In this document: positions 1 to 9,722 of the stretch, one piece after another
How positions within the stretch are numbered: position 1 is the stretch's first letter
Layout of the letters: the number at the start of each line of letters is the position of its first letter
Assembly: GCA_045114435.1 (NCBI GenBank)
Contig: JBGUKK010000127.1
Span: forward strand, 10,533 to 74,532
Length of the DNA stretch: 64,000 nucleotides
Source: Sodaliphilus sp.
GTDB lineage: Bacteria > Bacteroidota > Bacteroidia > Bacteroidales > Muribaculaceae
Reading direction: 5' to 3'
Notes under the pieces: generated by a model
The model's input: only the letters and a program-made list of their open reading frames with translations
Told to the model about the DNA's origin: nothing
Databases searched by the model: none
Made by a program: the position numbers and the translations under genes

Positions 1-42
1 CGACTTTTTTGCTCTAACTTTCCGCATAATTGGTCATTTATT

Positions 43-92
43 GTTACCTTTGCACGCTCCTTGTATCACCTTAACTCATCTGCAAAGGTAAC
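43..92. promoter_or_regulatory. Pair of face-to-face Bacteroidetes -7 promoter elements forming a 12-bp inverted repeat
   Basis: GTTACCTTTGCA (43-54) and TGCAAAGGTAAC (81-92); each contains TAnnTTTG, one per strand. Confidence 0.6.
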
Positions 93-152
93 CATTTTTT
101 GCCAACTGGTGGCACATGGGGGAGTTTTTAACGCAACAAAAGAGTACAAAAC

Positions 153-1205
153 GTGAAAAAAGCGATTTCCTATCTTGTGAAATATGGCATCCCACTCGTC
201 ATCGGTGTGGGACTGATGTGGTTTCTCTACAAGAACGTGGACCTGACGAGCATGATGGACACGCTCAAGAGTGATGTCAATTACTGGTGGTTTGCGGCAG
301 TGGCTGTCGTCAGCTTCCTGAGCCATGTCTTCAGGGCGCTGAGGTGGCAGCTCCAGCTCAAGGCCATCGACGTCAAGCCGTCGTTCAGTGCCGTGCTGAA
401 CAGCATCTTCGGCACCTATGCCGTCAACCTGGTGTTTCCCCGATTGGGCGAGGTGTGGCGCTGCGGCTATATCGCCAACCGGCAGAAGGCCTCGGTCACC
501 CAGGTCATGGGCTCGATGGTGGCCGACCGCCTTACCGACACGGTCACCGTGCTGCTGTTGACGCTGGTCACCTTCTTCCTGGCCCAGGGCGCCCTGGGCA
601 AGTTCTTTGACGCCTATCCCCAGATGAAGGAGAACATGATGAACATCGCCAGCGATGCCCGCGTCTGGCTTGGCACGCTCGCCGTCATCGCCGCTGTCGG
701 CTGGCTGCTCATCATGAAGACCGAGAACAAGATCATCAACAAGATTCAGCTCATGGCACGCAACCTGTGGGAAGGATTTGCCGCCATCACACGCATGGAC
801 GGCAAGTGGTGGTTCCTGCTGTTGACCATCCTCATCTGGGGATGCTATTACCTGCAGCTCTACCTGGCCTGCAAGGCCTTCACGTTCACCAGCGACCTGA
901 GCGTGCTCGCCGTCCTGGTGCTGTTCGTGCTGAGCAGCATCGGCATGGGGGTTCCCACCAACGGCGGCCTGGGCGCATGGCACCTGGGCATCATCTTCGG
1001 GCTCTCGCTCTACGGCATCGGTGTGTTCAGCATCAACAATCCCGATGGGAACGCTTCGACCTTCGCCATGTTCGTATGGCTGTTCCAGCAAGTGTTCATC
1101 ATCGCCCTGGGCATCTACGCCTTCATCAGCATGGCCATCGACCGCCGCCGCATCGAGACCGGCAAGACCGTGGTCGACACCTCTAACGACGAGATCAAGC
1201 TTTAA
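153..1205 (+). CDS. Lysylphosphatidylglycerol synthase TM-region / UPF0104 flippase-like membrane protein
   Basis: Multi-TM protein with RALRW, NLVFPRLGEVWRC, DRLxD and PTNGGLGAWH motifs. Confidence 0.8.
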   Translation: MKKAISYLVKYGIPLVIGVGLMWFLYKNVDLTSMMDTLKSDVNYWWFAAVAVVSFLSHVFRALRWQLQLKAIDVKPSFSAVLNSIFGTYAVNLVFPRLGEVWRCGYIANRQKASVTQVMGSMVADRLTDTVTVLLLTLVTFFLAQGALGKFFDAYPQMKENMMNIASDARVWLGTLAVIAAVGWLLIMKTENKIINKIQLMARNLWEGFAAITRMDGKWWFLLLTILIWGCYYLQLYLACKAFTFTSDLSVLAVLVLFVLSSIGMGVPTNGGLGAWHLGIIFGLSLYGIGVFSINNPDGNASTFAMFVWLFQQVFIIALGIYAFISMAIDRRRIETGKTVVDTSNDEIKL

Positions 1206-1266
1206 GTTTATTCTAAACGGCAGGACACTGTCAGGCATCTATTAACTGTTATCTGTAACCAATACA

Positions 1267-1827
1267 ATGGACGACAATTTCAACGACTATTTCACCGACG
1301 AAAACGTCCCCGACGAGGAACCCAAGGTGCACCACGAGACGGCGCAGGAACGCGAGGAACGTGAGATCAAGGAAGCCACCATCGAGCGGCGTGGCGCCTC
1401 TGTCAAGATGCTGCTGGCATCAGTCATCATCGTCATGGCACTCTTCCTGGGATGGTGGGTCTGGCAATACTATTTCCACCCTTATCGCACGAGCCAGGAG
1501 AGAGGCTGGATCATGAGGGTCAAGAACGAGGGCACTATCTTCAAGACCCTTGAGGCCGAGATGATCAGTGAGGGATATATCGAGGACACCATCGGCGTGA
1601 TGAAATGCGACTTCGACTTCTCCATCACCACCGACAGCCTGCTGCGACTGGCCAATCAGCAGGCAGGCGACGGGCAGCGCGTCATTGTCACCTACAACGA
1701 GTACAAGGGGCGCGTCCTGTGGCGCGGCAACTCCAAGCGCATCGCCACCAAGATTGAGCTCGACAGCATGCGTCCCATCAGCAATCCCCACTGGACACCC
1801 GAGATGGCCAACGAGGACAAGAAATAA
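1267..1827 (+). CDS. Conserved hypothetical single-pass membrane protein
   Basis: Acidic N-terminus, one TM helix, then a GWIMRVKNEGTIFKTLE beta domain; coding-like codon usage. Confidence 0.7.
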   Translation: MDDNFNDYFTDENVPDEEPKVHHETAQEREEREIKEATIERRGASVKMLLASVIIVMALFLGWWVWQYYFHPYRTSQERGWIMRVKNEGTIFKTLEAEMISEGYIEDTIGVMKCDFDFSITTDSLLRLANQQAGDGQRVIVTYNEYKGRVLWRGNSKRIATKIELDSMRPISNPHWTPEMANEDKK

Positions 1828-1856
1828 CCCATCACCTGCCGCGACAGACAAGTTAA

Positions 1857-1896
1857 CCGGTTAGATGGTCCCCCTGGACGAGGACCATCTAACCGG
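1857..1896. terminator. Perfect 15-bp inverted repeat hairpin downstream of the CDS ending at 1827
   Basis: CCGGTTAGATGGTCC (1857-1871) / GGACCATCTAACCGG (1882-1896); no clear U-tract. Confidence 0.5.
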
Positions 1897-2137
1897 ATTC
1901 TCATCCACTCGGTCCTGCAGGCGGCGGTTGAGGCGCTGCCCCCCATTGGACACAACATTTTCTGCCAAAATGTCATATTTTAACACTCGCGGCGTGTCAG
2001 TTCCCGAAAAATCGTTGTACCTTTGCACCCGCTATTGCCAAGAAGCGCACCCGCTGGGCACGATGAACGGGCAAAACGCCCATTCGGCCACCGGTTAGCA
2101 CAATCTTTGCAATAAGCAGAATTGAAACACTAGAATA

Positions 2138-3040
2138 ATGGAAGACAACAAGATAGAACAGAACAAACCAGAAGAACAGCCTCAAGAGCAACAACAAGCA
2201 CAACAGCCCACGCCCGTCAAGCCCGACATCCTGGACTATGACGACATCCGCAAGATGGTGCCTTTCTTTGACGGCAAGCCCAAGCTCGTCAAGTGGCTCT
2301 TCCACCTGTTCGACATGGACGACGCCAACTGGATTCATGGCCACAACTGCCACACGCCGGGCGTTCCCTTCTGCACCGGTGTGCTCAAGGACCTGAATGC
2401 CACCATCACCTATGACAACGGCGAGGTGCTCGACAACCTGCCCGAAGGCCCATTCATCACGGTGACCAATCACCCCTTTGGGGCCGTTGACGGTGTGATG
2501 ATGATCCACATCATCGGCACCCACCGTCCCGACTACAAGTTCATGGTCAACATGATACTGAGCAAGATTGGCGGCATGATGCCCAACTTCATCACCGTCG
2601 ACGCCCTTGCCAGCGATGACCCCGCCAAGCGCGCCGTGTCGATGCAGGGCATCACCGACACGATGAGGCACGTCAAGGCAGGGCATCCCATGGGATTCTT
2701 CCCCGCCGGCGCCGTGAGCAAGCTCACCTGGCGACTGCGCGTCGAGGACCGCGAGTGGCAACCCGTCATCATGCGCCTAATCCAGAAGCTCAAGGTGCCC
2801 GTCATCCCCATCTACATCCACGGTCACAACAGCTGGATCTCGCTCGTGCTGGGCCTTATCAGCTGGAAGCTGAGGACCCTGAGGCTGCCCTCCGAGATGT
2901 TCCGCCGCAAGAGTTACAACTTCCGCGTGAGCGTGCATGACCCCATCATGCCCGAGGAGTACGCACAATACACGACACCCGAGGAACTGGGTAAATTCCT
3001 GAAGAGTGAAACCTACAAAATGAAAAAATGGCAACAATAA
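2138..3040 (+). CDS. Lysophospholipid/PlsC-family acyltransferase
   Basis: NHPFGAVD (HxxxxD), FFPAGAVS and VPVIPIY motifs; TACCTTTG promoter element about 120 nt upstream. Confidence 0.8.
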   Translation: MEDNKIEQNKPEEQPQEQQQAQQPTPVKPDILDYDDIRKMVPFFDGKPKLVKWLFHLFDMDDANWIHGHNCHTPGVPFCTGVLKDLNATITYDNGEVLDNLPEGPFITVTNHPFGAVDGVMMIHIIGTHRPDYKFMVNMILSKIGGMMPNFITVDALASDDPAKRAVSMQGITDTMRHVKAGHPMGFFPAGAVSKLTWRLRVEDREWQPVIMRLIQKLKVPVIPIYIHGHNSWISLVLGLISWKLRTLRLPSEMFRRKSYNFRVSVHDPIMPEEYAQYTTPEELGKFLKSETYKMKKWQQ

Positions 3041-4290
3041 ACGACAGCAGCATCCGTGCCACCAAACAGCGCTTCGGCATCGTCGGCGAGTCACCCGCCT
3101 TGATAGCCGCCATCCGCCGCGCCATGCTGGTGGCCCCTATCGACCTGAGCGTGCTCATCATCGGTGAGAGCGGCTCGGGTAAAGAGCATTTCCCGAAGAT
3201 CATCCACGAGAACAGCCCACGCAAACACAAGAAATACATCGCTGTGAACTGCGGCGCTATCCCCGAGGGAACGATCGACAGTGAGCTCTTCGGCCACGTC
3301 AAGGGCTCCTTCACCGGCGCCATTGCAGACCACAAGGGCTACTTTGAGGAGGCCGACGGCGGTGTCATCTTCCTCGACGAGGTGGCCGAGATGCCCATGA
3401 GCACCCAGGCGCGACTGCTGCGCGTGCTCGAGAACGGCGAATACCTGCGCGTGGGCGACAGCACCGTGCGCAAGACCAACATCCGCGTTGTCGCCGCCAC
3501 CAACAAGGACATGCTGCAGGCCGTCAAGGACGGCAAGTTCCGCGAGGACCTCTACTACCGCCTCTCGACGGTGCAGATCAACGTGCCGCCACTGCGCGAC
3601 CGCGGTGATGACATCGTGCTGCTTGCCAGACTCTTCATGCGCAACTTCATCAACACCAACCGCACCAGCGAGGTCACCCTCACCGACGACGCCCAGCGTC
3701 TGCTCAAGGCCTATCACTGGCCCGGCAACGTGCGCCAGCTCAAGAGCGTCATCGAGCAGGTGGCCCTCTTTGAGTCAGGCAACACGGTTGATGCCGCCAC
3801 CCTGAGCCAATACATGCCCGACAATCGCGCCAAGGCCCTGACGGTGCAATCGCAGCCGCAATATGATTACAACGCCGAGCGTGAACAGCTCTTCACGCTC
3901 ATCCTGTCGATGAGTGCCGAGATTGACGCCATCAAGAAGCGCCTCGACGGCGTAGGACCCACATCACACGTCTCATCGACCGTGCATGAGCTCAAGCGTG
4001 ACAACAACCCGCTGCTATCGTTAAGGGGCAACGCCGGTGCCGACATCAACATGGCCTCCCCCTACCGCGACATGCAGCAGGCACCGCAAGACCTGGGACA
4101 CGTCGATGAGATTCCCGCGATGGATGTGGAAGGCGAGACCGTCAAGACACTCGACGAGACCGAGCGCGAGACCATCGAGAGTGCCCTGCGCCGCAATAAC
4201 GGACGCCGCAAGCTGACGGCCCAGGAGCTGAACATCTCGGAGCGCACGCTCTACCGCAAAATCAAGCAATATAACCTGGAACGGCAGTGA
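3028..4290 (+). CDS. Sigma54-interacting AAA+ transcriptional regulator (Fis-type HTH, no N-terminal sensor domain)
   Basis: GESGSGKE Walker A, SELFGHVKGSFTGA, FLDEV, REDLYYRL, WPGNVR, C-terminal ERTLYRK HTH. Confidence 0.92.
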   Translation: MATINDSSIRATKQRFGIVGESPALIAAIRRAMLVAPIDLSVLIIGESGSGKEHFPKIIHENSPRKHKKYIAVNCGAIPEGTIDSELFGHVKGSFTGAIADHKGYFEEADGGVIFLDEVAEMPMSTQARLLRVLENGEYLRVGDSTVRKTNIRVVAATNKDMLQAVKDGKFREDLYYRLSTVQINVPPLRDRGDDIVLLARLFMRNFINTNRTSEVTLTDDAQRLLKAYHWPGNVRQLKSVIEQVALFESGNTVDAATLSQYMPDNRAKALTVQSQPQYDYNAEREQLFTLILSMSAEIDAIKKRLDGVGPTSHVSSTVHELKRDNNPLLSLRGNAGADINMASPYRDMQQAPQDLGHVDEIPAMDVEGETVKTLDETERETIESALRRNNGRRKLTAQELNISERTLYRKIKQYNLERQ

Positions 4291-4802
4291 AACGGCTCAT
4301 CATCATACTGGCGCTTGTTGTCACAACATTGACATGGAACGCGTGCATCCCCAGATACACGCTCAACGGCGCATCAATCGACTATAACGTCTATAAAACC
4401 ATCTCCATCGGCGAGTTCCCCATCCGTGCCGCGCTGGTCTATCCGCCTCTGCAATCATTGTTCGAGAACCGCATCACCGACATGATTGCCCAGCAGACGC
4501 GCCTGCGTGTCGTGGACGGCCGCAACACCGACCTGCACATGGAGGGCGAGATCACCAACTACCAGCTCTCGCCCCAAGCCGTCGGCGATGACGCCTATGC
4601 TACCCAGACGCGCCTCACCATCACGGTGAAGGTGCGCTACACCGACAACAAGAACCAGGCGCTCTCCAAGGATCTGTCCTTCAGCGCCTACCGCGACTTT
4701 TCGAGCAGCGAGTTGCTCGTCGATGTGCAAGACGAGCTGTGTGACCAGATCAGCAAAGACCTGGCCGACTTGATTTTCAATGCCACGCTGGGCGACTGGT
4801 AA
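4287..4802 (+). CDS. lptE: LPS assembly lipoprotein LptE family
   Basis: Lipoprotein signal ending WNAC, YTLNGASID, EGEITNY and RLTITVKVRY motifs; usual Bacteroidetes position after the sigma54 regulator. Confidence 0.8.
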   Translation: MKRLIIILALVVTTLTWNACIPRYTLNGASIDYNVYKTISIGEFPIRAALVYPPLQSLFENRITDMIAQQTRLRVVDGRNTDLHMEGEITNYQLSPQAVGDDAYATQTRLTITVKVRYTDNKNQALSKDLSFSAYRDFSSSELLVDVQDELCDQISKDLADLIFNATLGDW

Positions 4803-4818
4803 GCGGCCCGGTGAGTTT

Positions 4819-4833
4819 TGGCACGATATTTGA
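4819..4833 (+). promoter_or_regulatory. Putative sigma54 -24/-12 promoter
   Basis: TGGCACG-ATAT-TTGA versus consensus TGGCACG-N4-TTGC (one mismatch), intergenic. Confidence 0.5.
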
Positions 4834-4836
4834 CGA

Positions 4837-5625
4837 GTGGTCGAGGTGAATATGGACACATCAATGACATGGGTTGAGGACATCAAGCGGCTTGCAGGCG
4901 ACAAGGGCGCTCAAGTCGATCTGGAGTGGGTCGAGGACTGCCAGCAGGTGGCCCCCTACTGCGTGTTGCCAGCCCTGCTCTACCTCAAGCGCCATGGAGT
5001 GAAGGGAAACGAACAGCTGCTGGAGCGACTGGCCATTGCCTTTCCCGACCGCCACGCCCTGGCTGTCATGATGGAGGATGAATCAGGAACGATGGCACAA
5101 TTCTACCGTCCCGAGCCGCTGCCCGAGACCCCTGACACCGTCACCACCATCGACAGGTTCCTTGACAACTATGGCAAGACCAGCCCTGGTGAGGTCGAGG
5201 CCATCAGCCGTGCCATCTTCAACCCGCAACCCGACTATGCCGACGTGCTCGCCGCCCAGGAGAAGGAGGAAGGCGGCATGCAGCTATCGGGCGGCGACTC
5301 ACAGGACGCCCTCATCAACCAGTTCATCGCCGAGCAGATGCAACTGGGCGAACAGGCCGCCAACACACCCATCGCAGCCCCCGTGGGAGACGAGGAGAAG
5401 GCCGAAATCGCCAGCGAAACCATCGAGAATCCCACCCTCAATGATGACTCGATGCTCAGCGAGAGCCTGGCCAAGATGTACATCGCTCGACACAAATATT
5501 CTAACGCGCTTGAAATAATTAAGCGTTTAAGTTTGAAATATCCAGAAAAAAGTATTTACTTTGCAGACCAAATGCGATTTCTGACCAAATTGGTCTTAAA
5601 TGAGACACTAAACGACAAAAAATAA
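4837..5625 (+). CDS. Conserved Bacteroidetes hypothetical protein with C-terminal TPR-like segment
   Basis: C-terminal SESLAKMYIARHKYSNALEIIKRLSLKYPEKSIYFADQ; lies between lptE and secG; start codon uncertain. Confidence 0.75.
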   Translation: MVEVNMDTSMTWVEDIKRLAGDKGAQVDLEWVEDCQQVAPYCVLPALLYLKRHGVKGNEQLLERLAIAFPDRHALAVMMEDESGTMAQFYRPEPLPETPDTVTTIDRFLDNYGKTSPGEVEAISRAIFNPQPDYADVLAAQEKEEGGMQLSGGDSQDALINQFIAEQMQLGEQAANTPIAAPVGDEEKAEIASETIENPTLNDDSMLSESLAKMYIARHKYSNALEIIKRLSLKYPEKSIYFADQMRFLTKLVLNETLNDKK

Positions 5626-5631
5626 GAAAAA

Positions 5632-6039
5632 ATGTACACTGTTTTAGCTATTCTGATCGCGATTGCATCGCTTCTGTTGATCGGTGTGATCCTTATTCAA
5701 AAATCTAAAGGTGGCGGCCTCGCTGCCAACGTGAACAACTACAACCAGTTCATGGGCGTGCGCAAGACCACCGACTTTGTTGAGAAGGCAACTTGGGGCC
5801 TGTCAATCTTCATCTGCGCCTTGAGCATCGCCACGGCATTCTTCTCAGGACCCTCGATTGTTGAAGCCGGTCCTCAAATCAAGAAGTTGCCCACCAGCGA
5901 GACTCAGGCTCCCAACTTCGGCACTCAGGCCGATCAGGCTCCTGCCGCCGAGGCTCCTGCCGCCGGAAGTGCTACCCAGGAGGCTACCGTGCCCGCCAAG
6001 GAAGCACCTGCTGCTCCCGCCAAGGAGGAGTCCAAGTAA
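5632..6039 (+). CDS. secG: Preprotein translocase subunit SecG
   Basis: LIQKSKGGGLA, FMGVRKTTDFVEKATW, Ala/Pro-rich tail. Confidence 0.93.
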   Translation: MYTVLAILIAIASLLLIGVILIQKSKGGGLAANVNNYNQFMGVRKTTDFVEKATWGLSIFICALSIATAFFSGPSIVEAGPQIKKLPTSETQAPNFGTQADQAPAAEAPAAGSATQEATVPAKEAPAAPAKEESK

Positions 6040-6074
6040 TTTCCTATCGCATCTTATCAACCCAACTTTTAAAG

Positions 6075-6132
6075 GATGCGGTATGTCGTATCCGCATCAC
6101 AGCGGAACAAGACGACATACCGCATCTTTTTT
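6075..6132 (+). terminator. Intrinsic terminator after secG
   Basis: 15-bp arms GATGCGGTATGTCGT / ACGACATACCGCATC followed by a T-run. Confidence 0.8.
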
Positions 6133-6149
6133 CGTTTCACCACACCACT

Positions 6150-7121
6150 ATGAAGATGACATTATTATATATAGCACTGGCAACGCTCATGGCAGCCTGC
6201 GGCAACAATGGCAGCGCCTCCAGCAAGGAGGACAACGATGGCGACAGCACAGCCACGACAGCGGCGGCGAGCATCACGTTTGACGGCAATGCCGCACTGG
6301 AGCTGACACGGCAGCAGTGCGAGTTCGGCCCTCGTGTGCCAGAGACCCCGGCCCATGCCAAGTGTGCCGAGTGGCTGACGTCAACGCTCCAAGCCTCGTG
6401 TGACACGGTCATGGTGCAGACTGGCAAGGTCGAGACAGCCCAGTCGGGCACCATCGGCATCAAGAACATCATCGGCATCATCAACCCCGAGGCCACCCAG
6501 CGCCTGTTGCTGCTCGCACACTGGGACACCCGTCCGTGGGCCGACAATGACCCCGACCCCGCCAACCACAGCAAGCCCGTGATGGGCGCCAATGACGGCG
6601 CCAGTGGTGTGGGCGTGTTGCTCCAGCTGGCTCATCACCTCAAGCAGACGGGTACTACCTTGGGCATCGACATCGTGCTCGTCGATGCCGAGGACATGGG
6701 CGAGAGCGACAACGAGGAGTCATGGGGACTGGGCACCCAGTACTGGGCCGCACACCCCCATGTGGCAGGCTACAAGCCCCTGTTCGGCATCCTGCTCGAC
6801 ATGGTGGGATCGGCCGACGCCACCTTCTCCCGCGAGTACTACTCGACACAGTATGCCGGCGGCTTCGTTGACCTCGTCTGGAAGAATGCCGCGGGCAGCC
6901 ACTTCATCAACGCCCAGGGCGGTGCCGTTACCGATGACCATATCTTTGTCAATGAGGCCGGTATCCCCTGCATCGACATCATCGACCTGCGCAGCAACAG
7001 CGACACGGGATTCTGCCCCGAGTGGCACACCGTGGACGACACCATCGGCCACATCAGCGCCGCCACCCTGGGCGAGGTCGGCCAGACCCTGCTCAACGTC
7101 ATTGCCTCGCTCGAGCAGTAA
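6150..7121 (+). CDS. M28 family metallopeptidase / glutaminyl cyclase-like lipoprotein
   Basis: Lipobox LMAAC; AHWDTR, GANDGASG, DAED, LLDMVG, DDH and WHTVDD motifs. Confidence 0.88.
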   Translation: MKMTLLYIALATLMAACGNNGSASSKEDNDGDSTATTAAASITFDGNAALELTRQQCEFGPRVPETPAHAKCAEWLTSTLQASCDTVMVQTGKVETAQSGTIGIKNIIGIINPEATQRLLLLAHWDTRPWADNDPDPANHSKPVMGANDGASGVGVLLQLAHHLKQTGTTLGIDIVLVDAEDMGESDNEESWGLGTQYWAAHPHVAGYKPLFGILLDMVGSADATFSREYYSTQYAGGFVDLVWKNAAGSHFINAQGGAVTDDHIFVNEAGIPCIDIIDLRSNSDTGFCPEWHTVDDTIGHISAATLGEVGQTLLNVIASLEQ

Positions 7122-7219
7122 CCCTTTTAATCGTGGACCGAGAGATTCAATCATGTGAAATTTCCTATCCACGTTTTTACAACTCATTTCAACTGATTGG
7201 GACGTGAGAAGAGATACTA

Positions 7220-7468
7220 ACGAACTGGAGGGAGGGTATGCACTACTGACCTACTGCATGTTTGGTGCTGGCTGATGAGGTACTCCTGTTGGAACTCTAT
7301 TCCAGTCAGGATGAAAGGACGCCTCACGACCTGCCGCTCGGCAACAGTTCCATCTACTTGTACATCAAGCGTGAAGATCTGCAGGCAAGATGCTTTGACA
7401 ACATCAAATTTGTCCGCCAATACAAAGGACCCACTTCTCACCGATATGGTAATCCAATCAACCAATAA
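7220..7468 (+). pseudogene. Probable remnant of a DUF1963/YwqG-like gene (C-terminal fragment)
   Basis: LLLELYSSQ...LGNSSIYLYIKREDLQARCFDNIKF resembles the YwqG C-terminus from memory; no ATG start or N-terminal domain. Confidence 0.4.
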
Positions 7469-7496
7469 CCATAAACAGTAAATTATCAATCTAACA

Positions 7497-9614
7497 ATGA
7501 AGAAAGAAAGGATTTTACTCATGAGCGCATTGATTGCAGCGTCGGCTGTGACGACGCAGGCTCGCATCAACTACCCTGACACGCGTCGCGTGGACACGGT
7601 AGACACTTACTTCGGCACACAGGTGCCCGACCCCTACCGCTGGCTCGAGGACGACCGCAGCGCCGAAACCGAGGCCTGGGTCAACGCCCAGAACAAGGTC
7701 ACCCAGAACTACCTGTCCAAAATCCCCTTCCGCAAGGACGTGAAGAAGCGCATCACCGAGCTCGCCAACTACGAGAAGATGGGCGCCCCCTTCAAGGTGA
7801 AGGACAAATTCTACTTCTTCAAGAACAATGGTCTGCAGAACCAGAGCGTGCTCTACGAGTATGACAAGAACGGCAACCACAAGATGGTGCTCGACCCCAA
7901 CACGCTGAGCGAGGACGGCACCGTGGCCCTGCAGCAGCTGGACTTCTCTAACGACGGCCGCTACCTGGCCTATGTCATCACCCGCAGCGGCAGTGACTGG
8001 AACGAAATCTTCGTGAAAGACCTCAAGGAGGACCGCGTGCTCGACGACCACATCGTGTGGGCCAAGTTCACCGATGCCCAGTGGCTGGGTGACGGCTTCT
8101 TCTACAGCGGCTACGACGCCCCTGAGGATGCCAAGTCGTCCAAGAACGAGTTCCAGAAGGTGTATTACCACAAGTTGGGCACACCCCAAAGCGAGGACTA
8201 CATCGAGTATCAGGACAAGAGCGAACCGCTGCACTTCCACCAGGTGAGCGTGAGTGAGGACGAGCGCTACGTCATCCTGTGGAAGAGCGATGCCGAGGGC
8301 AACGACATCTACGTCAAGGACCTCAAGGACCGCAACCCCCACTACGTGCAGCTCATTGGCGGCATGAAGTATGAGCGCGGCATCATCGGCATTGACAATG
8401 GCAAGATTTACGTCATGACCAACGAGAATGCCCCCAAGGGCAAGATTGTCACCTATGACGCCGAGACCCTGTCCCCCGCCAGTCTCGCCGAGTTCATTCC
8501 TGAACAGGAATCGGTGCTCACCGGTGCTGTGATGGCCGACCACAAGTTCATCCTCACCTACGACAAGGACGCGTCCAACCATCCCTACCTGTATGACAAG
8601 AATGGCAAACTCATCCGCGAGATTCAGCTGCCCACCTACGGTTCGGTAGGTTTCTCGTGCAAGAAGGACGCTAAGGAGGTCTTCTACAGCTTTGCCAGCT
8701 ACACCTTCCCTGGCGCCATCTACAAGTATGACCTGGAGAGCGGCAAGAGCGAGCTCTTCTTCCAGCCCAAGGTCAATCTCAAGAGCGAGGACTACGTGAC
8801 CGAGCAGGTCTTCATCACCAGCAAGGACGGCACCCGCGTGCCCATGTTCCTGGTCTACAAGAAGGGCCTGAAGCGTGACGGCCAGCGTCCCACCTTCCTC
8901 TACGGCTACGGCGGCTTCAACGTGAGCCTCAACCCCGCCTTCTCCTACACCCGCACCTTGTTCGCCATGATGGACTGCGGCGGCGTTTGCGCCTATGTCA
9001 ACCTGCGCGGCGGTGGCGAGTATGGCGAGGAGTGGCACCAGGCCGGTACCAAGATGAACAAGCAGAACGTGTTTGACGACTTCATCGCCGCTGCCGAGTG
9101 GCTCATCGACAACAAGTACACCAACCCCAAGAAGCTCGCCTGCAACGGTGCTAGCAATGGCGGTCTGCTCGTCGGCGCTGTCGTTAACCAGCGTCCCGAC
9201 CTGTTTGCCGCTGCCGTGCCCCAGGTGGGTGTGATGGACATGCTGCGTTACCACGAGTTCACCATCGGCTGGAACTGGGCCCCCGACTACGGCCGCAGCG
9301 ACGACAGCCCCGAGATGTTCCGCTACCTGCGCGACTACTCGCCCCTGCACAACATCAAGAACGACGGCACCCACTACCCCGCCATCCTGGTGACCACCGG
9401 TGACCACGACGACCGCGTTGTGCCCGCCCACAGCTTCAAGTATGCCGCCGAGCTGCAGCACTGCAACACCGGCGACCAGCCCAAGCTCATCCGCATCGAC
9501 AGCAAGGCAGGTCACGGCCACAGCAAACCCATCAGCAAAATCATCGACGAGTACACCGACATCCAGGCCTTCATCATGTACAACCTGGGCGTCAAGTACA
9601 AGTACAAAAAGTAA
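7497..9614 (+). CDS. Prolyl oligopeptidase (S9A) with signal peptide
   Basis: [31 protein letters not shown] (catalytic Ser), DHDDRV, AGHG. Confidence 0.95.
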   Translation: MKKERILLMSALIAASAVTTQARINYPDTRRVDTVDTYFGTQVPDPYRWLEDDRSAETEAWVNAQNKVTQNYLSKIPFRKDVKKRITELANYEKMGAPFKVKDKFYFFKNNGLQNQSVLYEYDKNGNHKMVLDPNTLSEDGTVALQQLDFSNDGRYLAYVITRSGSDWNEIFVKDLKEDRVLDDHIVWAKFTDAQWLGDGFFYSGYDAPEDAKSSKNEFQKVYYHKLGTPQSEDYIEYQDKSEPLHFHQVSVSEDERYVILWKSDAEGNDIYVKDLKDRNPHYVQLIGGMKYERGIIGIDNGKIYVMTNENAPKGKIVTYDAETLSPASLAEFIPEQESVLTGAVMADHKFILTYDKDASNHPYLYDKNGKLIREIQLPTYGSVGFSCKKDAKEVFYSFASYTFPGAIYKYDLESGKSELFFQPKVNLKSEDYVTEQVFITSKDGTRVPMFLVYKKGLKRDGQRPTFLYGYGGFNVSLNPAFSYTRTLFAMMDCGGVCAYVNLRGGGEYGEEWHQAGTKMNKQNVFDDFIAAAEWLIDNKYTNPKKLACNGASNGGLLVGAVVNQRPDLFAAAVPQVGVMDMLRYHEFTIGWNWAPDYGRSDDSPEMFRYLRDYSPLHNIKNDGTHYPAILVTTGDHDDRVVPAHSFKYAAELQHCNTGDQPKLIRIDSKAGHGHSKPISKIIDEYTDIQAFIMYNLGVKYKYKK

Positions 9615-9643
9615 CCGGCTTTTATTGCCCCTCTTCAGTAGCA

Positions 9644-9692
9644 CTAGAGGCTCTAGATAATCTAGTTGTTCTAGATGGTCTAGAGCCTCTAG
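9644..9692. repeat. CTAG array with 9-bp period forming a 14-bp inverted repeat
   Basis: ctagaggct ctagataat ctagttgtt ctagatggt ctagagcct ctag; outer arms CTAGAGGCTCTAGA / TCTAGAGCCTCTAG. Confidence 0.85.
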
Positions 9693-9709
9693 GTTTTCAA
9701 GAAAAGTAG

Positions 9710-9717
9710 TACCTTTG
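9710..9717 (+). promoter_or_regulatory. Bacteroidetes -7 element for the UvrA-like gene
   Basis: TACCTTTG ending 5 nt before ATG 9723. Confidence 0.6.
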
Positions 9718-9722
9718 CAGTC

